From Octopus vulgaris (taxonomy: Eukaryota), in assembly GCA_951406725.2 (NCBI GenBank), contig OX597825.1, forward strand, positions 65,658,001 to 65,722,000: DNA of 64,000 nucleotides, read 5' to 3'. The notes under the pieces are model-generated. The model was not told where the DNA came from. It saw only the letters and a list, made by a program, of their open reading frames with translations, and ran no database searches. Of the stretch, positions 13,518 to 27,558 are shown piece by piece (within the stretch, counting starts at the first letter, position 1; the number at the start of each line of letters is the position of its first letter). The translations under genes were made by a program, and so were the position numbers.

Positions 13518-14199
13518 GACACAAGTTTATAAAGATTATGAATATTTTGTGTTTATGTCTCCATATGAATGACAGATTGGTTATCATTCCGTTGAGTGAA
13601 ACTTGTGTCTCTTTCTCTTTCTTAATTGATTACAAGTGGTGGTGGTGGTGTGGTAGATGGGAGATGTCTGGAAGATAATTCTTCTAGGCTACAAAGAAGA
13701 CCATTAAGTATAGCGATTCTGAGAAAACAAGTGAAAGGAAATACAAGATGAATGAGTAAACACATCTAAAACAAAAAGTGGAATGTCTGCTGCTTGGAGT
13801 TACTTCCCCTACTTACCCATGAGAAAAACAATATCATAATTCTAATTTATAGTCTTTTATATTCTAATATTTTTTACTTGTTTCTATCATTGGACAGTGG
13901 TCATGTGAGGCACCGACTTAAGGGGGTTAGTTAAAAAAAATGACCCCAGTATTTATTTATATTTTTTTAAAGTCTGATACTTATTATATTTCTCTAACTC
14001 CAACCCTTTTCCCCAAGCTGCTATGTTATGGGTCATAAACAAAAGAACACCAGTTATCAAGACACAAGGCAATGGTCAGCTCAGGGATGTAGCAGGAGGT
14101 ACAAAACGGCAAATAGTAGGACTGAACCCAGAACCATGTGGGTCAGAAACAAACCACATACCACACAACCATACCATCACTTGTTATGTCTTCATTATT

Positions 14200-14390
14200 A
14201 AGGCAGCAATCGTTAGCATGCCGGACATTTCACCTGTCTTTACATTCTAAGTTCAAATTCTGCAGAGGTCACCTTTGCCTTTCATCCTTTTGGGCCTGGA
14301 AAAATAAGTACCAGTTGAACAATGGGGTTGATGTAGTCAATATACTCTTCTTCCATGAAATTACTACTCTTGTGCCAAAATGTGAAACCA
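14200..14390 (+). mobile_element. SINE family B
   Basis: gttcaaattc B-box-like motif and cctttcatcc core, followed by an (ATT)n tail. Confidence 0.7.
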
Positions 14391-14405
14391 TTATTATTAT
14401 TATTA

Positions 14406-14447
<42 letters not shown>

Positions 14448-14449
<2 letters not shown>

Positions 14450-14895
14450 GAGCAGTGCATGCCATCAAAGTGACACTGGGGTAAAATATACAAAGCTCAG
14501 TATACCCATCATGACTACCTGTCTGATAAGGATACACTAGACACATGCATCACAAACATATGTGCGCGACATAGTGATCTCATATCAAGATAAACAGCGA
14601 ATGACCTTGCAGGCTCAGTTAGAATTTTTTTCAGGTCAGGTAGCCCATCCCTCTCAAAGAGTCTCTGAATTCTGAATAAAGGTTGCTTAAGGATGTTGAA
14701 CGGAACGCCCATGTTTCCAGAGGTGAATTATTCAAACCCCCAAAGAATCCCTCTCAACACATGGCTCTGATGCTCCCCCACTACTTCTGCTCATGATCAG
14801 AGATGCCCATATCGTCAGCCACTAAGGGACATGTTCAACTGGTTATGGTCAAACAACTTACAAGCAAATCTGTGGTATTGAGCAGAATATTTGCA
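14448..14895 (-). mobile_element. unclassified element, probable non-LTR 3' end with (TAA)n tail
   Basis: GC-richer complex segment abutting an (ATT)n tract; no protein motif recognised. Confidence 0.35.
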
Positions 14896-16218
14896 TGTGG
14901 AACAAGGGGCCCCTAGCATCAAGAAAGGCATCTGATTGTAAAACAATGCTTTGAATAACATATTGATCTAACCCATGCAAGCATTGAAAAGTGAACTTAA
15001 AAACAAATACACAAATATTGTTGCTGTTGTTTTATCCCCTGTTATCCCAGTCATAGGTACAACACATATAACCAAAGACATTCCAGTCATGGCTATCCCA
15101 GTTATTACATTTCCCCCTTTTGTAAAATTACAGAATATGAATTCAAGTTGATTTAGTTGTTATTTCTAACAGGTTGCGTGACCATGTAAAAGCTTATTTT
15201 CAAATGCGAAAATTTGTGTAAATTTAAAAGTCTTTTTTGGAGTTCACATATTGTTTTGTTTTTTTTTTGTTCTAATTTCCAAGAAATGTGTTAGTTTTAA
15301 TCTCTCTTCTAGGCACAGTCTTATAGAACCATGATATTATTTTTTTATCCTAGAGAAAATGCTACATGTCTTTAGGCATTGCTTATATTGATATTACTAG
15401 TTAGAATTAAAGCTATGACTGATGTTCATACATAATATTGATTTTAATGAGATTAACTATTAGTTAATTAAAGTATCTACTCTTCAGGAAGAACTGTCTC
15501 ATTCTAATTATTCCTGTAATCATGAAGACATACCAATTTTGCATCAAGAATTTTCTTCTAAGTAGAATTTCAAAATAGAAGAGTTTAGGAAAATTAAAAT
15601 TATTATTGTTACCCACTGATAATTAATCAGCTACTAAATTACTTTTTAATTTGTCAGATACTGTTGGGAACAAGGAAGATTGCCCTGGGCAAAACCAAAA
15701 TTACAATTTTTCTAGTTTGAAGATTTCACTTTGCGCACACACACACATGTGCACACGCACACATACACGCACAGGTATATGCATACATGCACACATGTGA
15801 GTGGTTTCTGTGTAAAATAAAAGTAGATCATTATTAAATTGAAGAAAAACTCAGTACTTCTTAGTATGGTACAATATATATTAATTTCTGCAAGGAAAAG
15901 AATGCTAGTGACTTTGAAGCTTCAGTGTAGCAGCTGTCATCATATAAATGTGTGTGCATGTATACACAGGCACACACACACTCACGCACACATATATGAT
16001 CCAAGGGTCCAAGTATAGGAAGCTAGTTAGCTTCAAACAGTGCATGGCAGGTGTAGAGAACAAATTGTGGAGAGTATACATAAAAAATTATAACAATTTA
16101 TTTATATTGAGAGTTACACACTTTTATCCACCGTGAAGCTGCATGGAAATTTGATAAACTAATAGTTTCTATGTAGCTCACAGTCAACAACTACAGCTTC
16201 TACAAGTGAATAAAAATT

Positions 16219-16356
16219 CAAATTGAAGGAGTGTAACAGGTAAAATGCACACTACATATGTTTCTTAGCTAGCTGAAGCTTTTACTGTAATAGTTATGCT
16301 TCAGCTGTCTAAGAAACATGTAGCATGCATTTTACCTGCCCTCTTCCCTCAATTTG
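16219..16356. other. imperfect hairpin (about 60-bp stem, 18-nt loop)
   Basis: caggtaaaatgcacactacatatgtttcttagctagctgaagc / gcttcagctgtctaagaaacatgtagcatgcattttacctg, with outer caaattga / tcaatttg. Confidence 0.8.
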
Positions 16357-16782
16357 TGTGTGTATATATTTATATATATTTTATTGTTCAGAACTTTGTG
16401 TTCTAGCTGAAGAGTTAGCAAACTAGCAGAGAACAGACTTATCTTTTCCCTGTCACCAATGTGAGCGAGTTTACATTTAAATTGATTGAACTAGTCCATA
16501 CACAAAAAGTGGACTGTTATGAGAGGACTTATTAAAGTGAATGCACAAAATATTTTCTGTTTTTACCTCAGAGAAGGTCTGACTCTTTGCCTTGTCTTTT
16601 TTGCATTTATTTTTACAATACAAATGTTTTTTTCAATGTCCAAATATTGTTCTTAATACTATCTCATGGAATTATTCTCCTAGCACCAACTATAGCCAAG
16701 ATATCAAGTGGAATTATTTGTTTCTCTAGTTATTTATTCAATTCTGTCAATCTATTATCCACAAAGTTGCAAAATATATCAT

Positions 16783-16828
<46 letters not shown>

Positions 16829-17199
16829 CCATACGTATGTGCATACACACACACACACATAATGTATCGTATATCATATATGTGTGTGTGTGTGTGCATT
16901 TATACATCCGAAAGCCATTAGCAGTTACTCTCAGGTTTCCATTAATACACACCTCCTCAGATGCCATCCATTGCGAAACAAAACAATGGAAAACGTAAAT
17001 AAAAGATGACAGGAAAACACACACACACTTCTGTTGGTGTGAAGTGGGTCTCCTCATTGTAACATGTCAAAAACTTGCATCATTCACAGAAAGTTTCTCT
17101 CAAGCATTTTGAAGCTGGGAGTTAGTATACAAGATATGATCAAAGGAAAGTAAATTAAGTGAACAAATATAATGAATAGACACACACATATGTATGCAT

Positions 17200-17785
17200 A
17201 TCATCATCATCATCATCATTTAACGTCTTCTTTCCATGCTAGCATGGGTTGGATGATTTGATTGGGGACTGGCGAACCAGATGGCTGCACTTTTATTCCA
17301 TGTTGCTCCAGTCCACCCAGCTGGCAAAAATGCATTGTATCTGTAATCCTAAGGACCATCTTTGTCACACTTTGTGTCATACTAATTCTCTGATGGTGTC
17401 CAACTGACTCTACCATCAAAAACAAATAATACACATACACAAAATAAAAAATATAAAATGGTGATAATTTACCCATTGCACCCTCATCATCATCGTTTAA
17501 CATCCGCTTTCCATGCTAGCATGAGTTGGACGATTTGACTGAGGACTGGCGAACCAGATGGCTGCACCAGGCTCCAATCTGATCTGGCAGAGTTTCCACA
17601 GCTGGATGGCCTTCCTAACGCCAACCACTCAGAGAGTGTAGTGGGTGCTTTTGCGTGCCACCGGCACGAGGGCCAGACAGGCGGTACTGGCAACAGACAT
17701 GCTCAGATGGTGCATTTTATGTGCCAGCTGCACAGGAGCCAGTCCAGCGGCACTGGCAATGACTTCACTCAAATGTTGTTTTTCA
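17200..17785 (-). mobile_element. two SINE-like family C copies
   Basis: (cat)n-tttaac..tttccatgctagcatg at about 17200 and about 17485. Confidence 0.8.
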
Positions 17786-17827
17786 TGTAAGGCATGTAAA
17801 TAATTTATATTATAATATTTAATAATA

Positions 17828-18045
17828 AGGTGGCAAGCTGGCAGAGCCATTAGCATGCCAGGCGAAATGCTTAGCGGTGTTTCGTCTGCTGCTACATTCT
17901 GAGTTCAAATTCAGCCAAGGTCAACTTTGCTTTTGATCCTTTTCTGGGTCAATAAATTAAATTCCAGTAGAGTACTGGGGTTGCTGTAATCGACTTATCC
18001 CCTTCCTTAAAATGTCAGGCCCTGTGCCTATAGTAGAAAGGATTA
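17828..18045 (+). mobile_element. SINE family B, near full length
   Basis: ggtggcaagctggcagag...gagttcaaattc...gtagaaaggatt. Confidence 0.8.
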
Positions 18046-18198
18046 TTATATTTAATAATAAATTAATTAATTACATGCCTGCATTAATGCAAAATGCAAA
18101 ACATCCTTCAAAATAATGCAGAATTTAAGATATGTTATCAGGAGAAAGTAAGTCATTATACACTCCTTATCATATTCTGTAGTGTCATAATATACATA

Positions 18199-18279
<81 letters not shown>

Positions 18280-18298
18280 GTATATATATATATGTATA

Positions 18299-18334
<36 letters not shown>

Positions 18335-18371
18335 TGTATGTATGTATGTATGTATGTGTGTGTGTGTGTGT

Positions 18372-18610
18372 TATAATTTACAACAAACAGTAAAAGGTTC
18401 TCCTTATAGTACTCAGAGTTTTGAAAATCAGAACGGGGAGCTATGATACATTCTCCTCAGCTATTAACGTCAACAGACATTTGAAACTCCACACCAACAT
18501 TCAAAACTCCGAGTATTATAATGACAACCTTTTACAGTTTGTTCTAAATTCTAATAAAAATATTCCTCTATTTATCTAATATCAAGGTCTCATCGTTTTG
18601 TTGTTACTTT
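18372..18610. mobile_element. fold-back PLE pseudo-LTR-like unit
   Basis: inverted arms 18372-18425 / 18500-18553; tail ttcctctatttatctaatatcaaggtctc resembles the reverse complement of the 1324-1449 tail. Confidence 0.75.
18406..18464 (-). ncRNA. minimal hammerhead ribozyme remnant (G12A)
   Basis: AUAG-CUGAGGA-GAA...UUC-AAAA-CUC-U-GAG-U-A-CUAU; GAAA to AAAA is consistent with CpG decay. Confidence 0.7.
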
Positions 18611-18628
18611 TTATTATTATTATTATTA

Positions 18629-18679
<51 letters not shown>

Positions 18680-18838
18680 GTTAGTTTTATTTTTTATAGC
18701 GTGCTTTCACTTCACTACCAAGCACAGCTCTGTGTGCCTTGGGTATGTGCTGTGATTTGTTGTGATGCTCTGATGGTTTATTATTATTATTATTATGGTT
18801 TATTATTATTATTATTATCATTATTATTATTATTATTA

Positions 18839-18871
<33 letters not shown>

Positions 18872-18892
18872 GTATATATTTAATATATTTAA

Positions 18893-19114
18893 CCCTTTAG
18901 CATTCAAATTACACTGTCAGATGTAATATTCAGTTATTCACATTTTCTAAAATTAATCTTGCATTATGTTATAGCTTTTGAGATTTCAAGGGCATGATTG
19001 TTTTATTTTTAGAATGACATTGTAGAGTATGTGTGAGAGGCTGGATCTAGCCTGTTTGATCATAAAACAAGTAGAGTATTTGGTGTCATTATGGCTGGTT
19101 TAAATGTGAAAGGG
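18893..19114. mobile_element. piggyBac-type MITE (degenerate)
   Basis: TTAA|CCCTTTAGCATT ... AATGTGAAAGGG; right TSD degraded. Confidence 0.55.
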
Positions 19115-19137
19115 ATTCATAATATATATCTATTATC

Positions 19138-19359
19138 TTTTACTTGCTTCAGTCGTTAGACTATGGCCATGCTGGGGCACTCCCTTGAAGGACTTTCAGT
19201 TGAGTGAATTGACCCCAGGACTTTTTTTAATTTTTTAAAGCCTGGTACTCATTCTATCAGTCTCTTTTGCTGAACTGCTAGGTTAGAGGAATGTAAACAT
19301 ACCAGTACCAGTGGTCAAGCAGTAGTGGGAGACAAAAACAGACACACACATACACACAT

Positions 19360-19360
<1 letters not shown>
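19138..19360 (-). mobile_element. SINE family A, 3' part
   Basis: family motifs. Confidence 0.75.
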
Positions 19361-19420
<60 letters not shown>

Positions 19421-19484
19421 ATCTAGAAAATATAGTATTTCTAAATTGAATTTTTCCCTGTAAGTTTGGAATAATATTCCCTCA

Positions 19485-19566
<82 letters not shown>

Positions 19567-20185
19567 GTAGCTTAAAAGCTGCCCTATCTCATCAGGCCTT
19601 GGGCCCAACAATGACACATCATGCATTGAGTACATATTAAATTTTATTAGACTTGAACAATGTTTTTCAAGCAATGAACAATTTTCATCAAAACAATATA
19701 ATTTTTTCGACTCAGAACTTATTGCAAAGTTGCATGATAAACAACAGTACCACCACCATCACCACCACATCTTCCATACACACACCATTCAGACTTCTAA
19801 CGTCACTACCATCAATACCTTTGACTTTGACGACTTCCCATCCACCACCATCACCACTGTCTTTCACATCACATACTCTCACTGTCATCTCTAACCGCCT
19901 TGGCTACCACCACAATCATCACCCCTGCCTCCACCTCTATCACAACTACAGCTAATACTATTACCATCACAAAAAAGCTAAATGTGTGTATAAAAGAATT
20001 GTGTTCAGTATGTTAGTTCAGTGTTCAGTCCCTCTTTCTCTCACATACCCACTCTTTCTTTTTCTCTCTTTCTTATTATTACTCCCACTGCCACCATCAA
20101 CACTACTACTTTTAATAAAAACATCATCAACTCTCCCTAGATTTCTTTGTCTCCCTTTCTCTACCTTTCTTTTTCTTTCTCTCTC

Positions 20186-20231
<46 letters not shown>

Positions 20232-20390
20232 TTGCCACTGCCCTCACTGTCTCTATGCTTACTATTACTTTCATCCCAGGATGAGCAATAGTAGGAGTGT
20301 CAGTGAATAGTGAGCGAGGGGGTCTAAGTGTGACACACTGACACACAGATATTAGTTTTCACATTTATTATATTAGATATACATGTGAAT

Positions 20391-20455
<65 letters not shown>

Positions 20456-20458
20456 CTC

Positions 20459-20610
20459 AGGCTATTTTGAGTTTCCATCTACCAAATCCACAGACAAGGC
20501 TTGGCCAGTCTGAGGATATAACAGAAGTCACTTGACCAAGGTGGCATGCAGTGGGACTGAACTTGGAACCATGTGGTTGAGAGCAAGATTCTTACCACAC
20601 AGTCATGCCT
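20459..20610 (-). mobile_element. SINE family A head
   Basis: family motifs. Confidence 0.75.
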
Positions 20611-20981
20611 ACACTTATATATATAACACTTATATATATATATATATTGCCACCTACGTATAAAAGCAAACACACATACATACACACATCTATTTATTGG
20701 CATATTTTCCTACCTGTCACAAGTAACACCTACAGATATTAGGTACCCCTCCTCTCTAACAGCATTCCTGTTATTCAATCATCTCTCACATCATGTTATT
20801 GTTTCACTTTTTATTGTATTTCTCTCATTAATTTTATCTTATTTACTCCATCTTTGGGTGTTTTGTTTACATTATTTTATGTTCGGTTTCTCATACATAC
20901 TCTCACTCTCTCTTTCTATTTATATATCTTTCTTTTTTGCCCTCTCTCACTCCTATCTCCCTTTCTTTCTCCTCTCTCTCT

Positions 20982-21027
<46 letters not shown>

Positions 21028-21691
21028 ATATGATAAATATATATCATATATGATATATACATATATGTATGATATATGATATATATATATGTGTGTGTAT
21101 TTATATATATATATGTATGTGTGTGTGTATATATATGTGCATGTGTGTATGTATATGTATGTAAGTATGTATGTATGTATGCATATATGTATGTATGTGT
21201 GTGTGTATATATATATATATCAAGAGAGAGATACATATACATACTAACACACATATGTTTATATATGTTACATAAATGCATATATTTGCATACATTCATA
21301 CGTGTGTGTGTGTGTATAGACATATATATATAATGTGAAAAGTTAACCCAAGCTAAGCTAAGCTAAATAGGATAAAAAAAAATATGAGAAAAGGATAATA
21401 AAAATATTACAATTACATGATTGAATAATACAAAAAAAAATGCTGAAGGAGTGTGAGAGTTGTTATCATCTCTGGTGTGGGGTTACTTGGGGGGACGGGC
21501 TTGGTTTAACTTGCGTGTTAGTTAAATAGATAAATCAATGAATGAATAATTCAGTAATTAAATAAATAGATTAACTAAACTGATAAATGATAGAATAAAT
21601 AGTTAATAGTATACAGACATAATTGGTTAAAGATTAAGCATGAGGATAAGGTAGGAAATACATTATGTGAGTTGAAACTAGATAAGGTAGG

Positions 21692-21792
<101 letters not shown>

Positions 21793-21851
21793 ATATATAT
21801 ATAAATATATATACACATATATATATATATATATATACATATATATATGTG

Positions 21852-21899
<48 letters not shown>

Positions 21900-22299
21900 T
21901 AGGCAACTCATACATTGGAAATACAGGTGATTAGTGAGTGTAATCATGGGCAGATATTATTAATGTACGTTAGTAGTTAATCAGGCAATAATAAAGAGAT
22001 AAGAGTGAGATACCTGATAATTATTACACAATGTTGCATGTTAGATAATTAACGTTGAATTAAGGTTAAATTTTCCACTGATTCAACAAGGCTGGTTAAG
22101 CCAGAAGGTGATTAGAACCCAGTACATGTGACGTCACACTTCTTTGAACCATGTACACATAGACGTGGATCAATTAACTTTTGACCTGAAATTTTAATGG
22201 AAACCCGTTGGCTGTGTCTTTAAGAATCTTGAACTGAGATATGCATGTTGTGTAATTAACTGTTTGATCATTTAACCAACAGCTATGACCTATGACACA

Positions 22300-22455
22300 G
22301 GTGTGGCTGCGTGGTAAGAAGCTTGCTTCCCAACCTCATGTTTCCGGGTTCAGTTCTACTGTGTGACACCTTGGGCAAGTGTCTATTACAATAGCCTGAG
22401 GCCGACCAAAGCCTTGTGAGTGGATTTGGTAGATGGAAATTGAAAGAAGAGAGTC

Positions 22456-22457
<2 letters not shown>
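22300..22457 (+). mobile_element. SINE family A head
   Basis: family motifs. Confidence 0.8.
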
Positions 22458-22530
<73 letters not shown>

Positions 22531-22533
<3 letters not shown>

Positions 22534-22699
22534 TGATAAAAATGGTAAGACAACAAAAGAATGAAAGAGACCTCAATATTATATAAATAGAGGAATTTAT
22601 CTGTAAAAGTAATATGTAAAATTCTGTAAAATTCAGTAGCCATGATAAAACTCCGAGTTTCGGATGCTGAGGTGGAAATCCACACCGCCATCTCTTCAG
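22531..22699 (-). mobile_element. PLE pseudo-LTR fragment (family of 1324-2370)
   Basis: tattgataaaaatggtaagacaacaaaag...cctcaatatta closely matches the tail at 1331-1400. Confidence 0.85.
22644..22699 (-). ncRNA. hammerhead ribozyme, canonical core, 5' strand of stem I truncated
   Basis: CUGAAGA-GAUG..CAUC-C-GAAA-CUC-G-GAG-U-U-UUAUC. Confidence 0.75.
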
Positions 22700-22813
22700 T
22701 TGCCTTTCATCTTTTTGGAGTTGATAAAATAAATACCACTTGAGCATTGGGATCGATGTAATTGACTTACTGCCTTGCCAAAATTGCTAGCCTTGTGCCA
22801 AAATTTGAAATTA

Positions 22814-22848
<35 letters not shown>

Positions 22849-22849
22849 G

Positions 22850-23148
22850 TGGAACGTAAAAAGCCCCATCCGTTCGTGGCCATTGCCAGCCTCGCCTGGC
22901 CCCCGTGCTGGTGGCACGTAAAAAGCACCATCCATCCGTGGCCGTTTGCCAGCTCCGTCTGGCACCTGTGCGGGTGGCACGTAAAAAGCACCCACTACAC
23001 TCACGGAGTGGTTGGCGTTAGGAAGGGCATCCAGCCGTAGAAACACTGCCAGATCAGACTGGGCCTGATGCAGCCTTCTGGCTTCACAGACCCCAGTTGA
23101 ACCGTCCAACCCATGCTAGCATGGAAAGCGGATGCTAAATGATGATGA
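22850..23148 (+). mobile_element. SINE-like family C
   Basis: family motifs ending in (tga)n. Confidence 0.8.
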
Positions 23149-23212
23149 TTATTATCATATATACACAACAGATTAGACTGTTGGAAAAGAAAAATTCTTA
23201 ACATCAGAAACC

Positions 23213-23557
23213 TTACATGCCAAGAACCCTCCTATGTATCCTAGCTGTTCCAAATAACACTGTGTTTTGGAGCTGTACTAAACTGGGTTGTATGCCTATT
23301 TCCTTTATCCATCTGTTGGGATCTTTAGGGATAGTTCCCAGTGCACCTATAACTATTGGGCTACATTTTACCTGCACTTTCCATAGCCTCTGTAATTCAA
23401 TGGCTTGGTCCTGGTACTTTGCTATTTTTCTATACTTCTCATATTGATTTTTGCTGTCATTTGGGACTGTAAAGTCAATTATCTGGCACTTTCTGTTCTC
23501 TTTATCTACTACTATTAAATCAGGACTTCTAGCTTCTATTATTCTGTCAGTCTGAAC
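23213..23557 (-). pseudogene. R4/Dong-clade non-LTR retrotransposon, restriction-like endonuclease C-terminus (frameshifted)
   Basis: translation VQTDRIIEARSPDLIVVDKENRKCQIIDFTVPND...KIAKYQDQAIELQRLWKV...PIVIGALGTIP...LQNTVLFGTARIHRRVLGM*. Confidence 0.85.
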
Positions 23558-23562
23558 GTTAA

Positions 23563-23784
23563 CCCTTTCAATACTGTATTTGTTTTGAGATGCTCTGTGT
23601 TTCTTTCAAATAATTTTGAATATAACAAAGAATTTAATAAAATAACTTAATGATCATTCAGCTAGCGTTAGGAGCATAAATTGTGACTAAAGTTTGGTGG
23701 AAGATTTTGATTCAAAACTTATGAAAACAAAACACTTGAACTACAGAGCAAGAGGCAGTTTCAGCTGGATTGGTAATGAAAGGG
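23563..23784. mobile_element. piggyBac-type MITE
   Basis: TTAA TSD on both sides (23559-23562, 23785-23788); TIRs CCCTTTCA / TGAAAGGG. Confidence 0.8.
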
Positions 23785-23809
23785 TTAAAGTCCCACGTCT
23801 TGTAGGCAG

Positions 23810-23995
23810 CAGATTGGCAGAATCACTAGCATGCTTAGTGGTATTTCGTCTGTCTTTACATTTGTCAGTTCGAATTCTGCTGAGGTCAACTTTGACTTTC
23901 GTCCTTTTGGAGTTAGTGAAATAAGCACCTGGGTCAATGTAATCAAGTTTCCCCCACCCCGAAATTGAACAGTCTTAGGCTAAAATTTGAAACCA
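23810..23995 (+). mobile_element. SINE family B (degenerate)
   Basis: family motifs. Confidence 0.7.
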
Positions 23996-24039
23996 GTATT
24001 ATAACTATTGTTTTCAACGTCACCGCTCTTACCATAATA

Positions 24040-24175
24040 TCATTGTATCATCATCATTCTTGTTAACATCATCATCATCATCATGGTTACCACCATCACC
24101 ACAACTACAAGCTTCACAATTATCTTCACCATTCATCATCGCCATCACCACCACCAACAACACCACCACCATCAC

Positions 24176-24217
<42 letters not shown>

Positions 24218-24314
24218 CATCATGGCTACCACCATCACCACAACTACAAAATTCACAATTATCTTCCCCATTCATCATCGCCATCACCACCACCAACAAC
24301 ACCACCACCATCAC

Positions 24315-24347
<33 letters not shown>

Positions 24348-24514
24348 TATCGTCATCTTCAAAAGCAGCAGCATTGTCCATTGTCATCACGATGACCACA
24401 ATCATTATCAACATCGCCACCACCACCATCATCATCATCATTATTGTCATCACCATCATTATCATCATCATCATTATAATAACAATAATAATAATGATAA
24501 TAATAATCACCATT

Positions 24515-24549
<35 letters not shown>

Positions 24550-24651
24550 TATCACCATCACCAATATACCTCGATCACAAACTTCCTCAACATCATCACA
24601 AATACTTCTGCCACCACTTCTACCACCACCATCACGATCATCACGATCATG

Positions 24652-24692
<41 letters not shown>
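24040..24692. repeat. (CAT/CAC)n tract with a tandem duplication of about 140 bp
   Basis: accaccatcaccacaactacaa..ttcacaattatcttc repeated at about 24088 and about 24228. Confidence 0.85.
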
Positions 24693-24693
<1 letters not shown>

Positions 24694-24944
24694 TCGTAAC
24701 AATAATATAGCACGTTTCTCTTGTAACACCAGACACTGTTTATGTATTAACAGGATTGTTTTTATAAATTGTATGGAAACTACTTTTATTTTCATATATT
24801 TCTCTATTAATTTTCTGTTACTTAAAAAAAATTTTCTTTTGAATTATTTATTAACTTTTGTTTTGTTTTGTTTGTTTTCTTTTTTTTCGTTTTTAATTTC
24901 CTATATGTTGTTGCAGTTGTTGTTATTGCTGGTTGTAGTGTTGT

Positions 24945-25220
<276 letters not shown>

Positions 25221-25225
25221 ATTGA

Positions 25226-25882
25226 GGCAGCAAGCTGGCAGAATTGTTAGAATATCTGACAAATTGCTTAGCAGTATTTTGGCACTTCACATTCTGGGTT
25301 CAAATTCTGCCGCAGTCGACTTTGCATTTCATCCTTTTGGGGTTAGTGTAGTCGACTAACCCCACCGCCCACAGCATTTCAGTCCATGTCCCTAGAGTAG
25401 AAGGGATCATTATTATTTTCATAAAGGCAGTGAGATGGCAGGATTGTTGGCAAGTCAGGTAAAATGTTTAGTGGCATTTCATCTGTCTTTACATTATGGT
25501 TTCAAATTCCACCGAGGTTGACTTTGCCTTTCATTCTTTCGGTGTCAATAAATTAAGTAATTAAGTACTATTCAAGTACAGGGGTCGTTGCTGTCAACAA
25601 CCTGCCTCCCAAAATTTCAGACCTTGCATCTAAAAATGAAAGAATTCTTCTTCTTATTATTATTATTATTAAGGTGGTGAATTAGCAGAATTGTTAGTAT
25701 GCCAGGCAAAATGCTTAGGAGTATTTTGCCTTTAAATTCTGAGTTCAAATTCAACCGAGGTCGACTGTGCCTTTCAACCTTTCGGGGGTCGATAAATTAA
25801 GTACCAGTTGCATACTGGGGTCGATCTAATCAACTGGCTCCCTCCCACCAAATTTCAGGCCTTGTGACTAGAGTAGAAAAGA
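25226..25882 (+). mobile_element. tandem cluster of three SINE family B copies
   Basis: three repeats of ggcagaattgttag...ttcaaatt...cctttca...gaaa(g)att. Confidence 0.8.
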
Positions 25883-25888
25883 TTATTA

Positions 25889-25958
<70 letters not shown>

Positions 25959-26329
25959 CATTATTATTATTATTATTTTTACTTTTATTGTGCTGTCTAC
26001 CTATTGCCTTCTATATCCTACACAAACACACACACACACACTCACACACACACACACACACTTACACACACACACTCACACACTCACACACTCACATACA
26101 CTGATATATGTATTTATGACTGTCTGTATCTCCAGTAATGAAATTAAAAACAATTGTAAATTATTCTAAATTCTCTATATTTTCTAAACTTTAAGCTGAC
26201 ATAATTGTTAGTGCATTGGCATAAAAAATTGCTTTATATTTATTTTCTGACTCTTCATACTCTGGGTTCTAATCCCTCTGAGGTCGACCCTTTAAGGGTC
26301 AATAAAACAAAGTACCAAAATCAGAATCA

Positions 26330-26660
26330 GTTGTATATATTAGCTGATTCTCTGTCGATTACAGTGATGAGAGTTCCAGTTCATTCAAGAAACAGAGCAG
26401 CCTGTTCATGAAATCAATGTGAAAGTGGCTGAGTACTCCACAGACACATGTATCCATATTGTACTACTTTGGGAAATTCAGTGTGACATAGAAGGAGACA
26501 AGGCTGGACCTTTGGAATACAGGTACTATTCGGTTTTATCAACTGAGTGGGCTGGAGCAACATGAAATAAAGTGTCTCGATCAAGGATATGACACACAGG
26601 TGGGAATTGAACTCATGACCTTACAATTGTGAGTCGAGTACTCTAACCACTAAGCCACAC
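26330..26660 (-). mobile_element. tRNA-derived SINE (distinct family)
   Basis: reverse complement begins gtggcttagtggttagagt...gagttcaattccca (A and B boxes), then ccttgatcgagacactt..ttgctccag. Confidence 0.7.
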
Positions 26661-26693
26661 ATGCACACACACAGGTACATATACACAGACACA

Positions 26694-26768
<75 letters not shown>

Positions 26769-27048
26769 GTATATATTTATGTATATATATGAATTAGGTG
26801 CTTAAATTGAGACACCTTGTAAGTTCAATCTAATTTGCCCACCCAAATAATATCAGGTGAATATCAAACTCTGTGCAAAAGTGTTTACACTTGATATTCT
26901 TGTAGTGTATGCAGATAACATGACCCAACTTAGTGAAGAGATTCGCTCTTGGTTGTTCAGGCATGTACTTTATATAAAAGTGCAAAAGTACTTTCTATAA
27001 AATTTCCAAAGTGCAGATTCTTAGGTAGGTGAGTAAAATTTAAATGTA

Positions 27049-27491
27049 CAGGTGTCAATTCATTATGGCCATTTCAAGCAATTACATTAATTGATTCTGC
27101 CAAAGATGTAGCAGCAGAATCAATGTAAATATTTGACCTCTGTTGGTGATATGAATTTGTTAAAGCAGTTGGTTTGCCCTTTGTGTTTGAAGTCTATGCA
27201 GTCATCATCATCATCATCATCATCGTTTAACGTCCATTTTCCGTGCTAGCACGGGTTGGACGGTTCAACTGGGGTCTGGGAAGCCAGGGGCTGCTCCAGG
27301 CTCCAGTCTGATCTGGCAGAGTTTCTACGGCTGGATGCCCTTCCTAAAGCCAACCACTCCGCGAGTGTAGTGGGTGCTTTTTACGTGCCACCTGCAGTCA
27401 TCTGATAAAAATGCTTCCTTTGCAATGATGTAATGTTTTCATTAATCAATTAAAGGAGTAGCTTGAAATGACCATAATGAATTGACACCTC
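27049..27491. mobile_element. Tc1/mariner-type MITE with a nested SINE
   Basis: TA TSD; TIRs caggtgtcaattcattatggccatttcaagc / gcttgaaatgaccataatgaattgacacctc. Confidence 0.8.
27203..27392 (-). mobile_element. SINE-like family C, 5'-truncated, with TSD
   Basis: tgcagtcatc repeated at 27197-27206 and 27393-27402. Confidence 0.85.
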
Positions 27492-27504
27492 TATATCTTT
27501 CTTA

Positions 27505-27558
<54 letters not shown>

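Noticed and set aside
22126-22137. Palindromic CRE site TGTGACGTCACA
   Set aside because: A single short motif with no promoter context; expected by chance.
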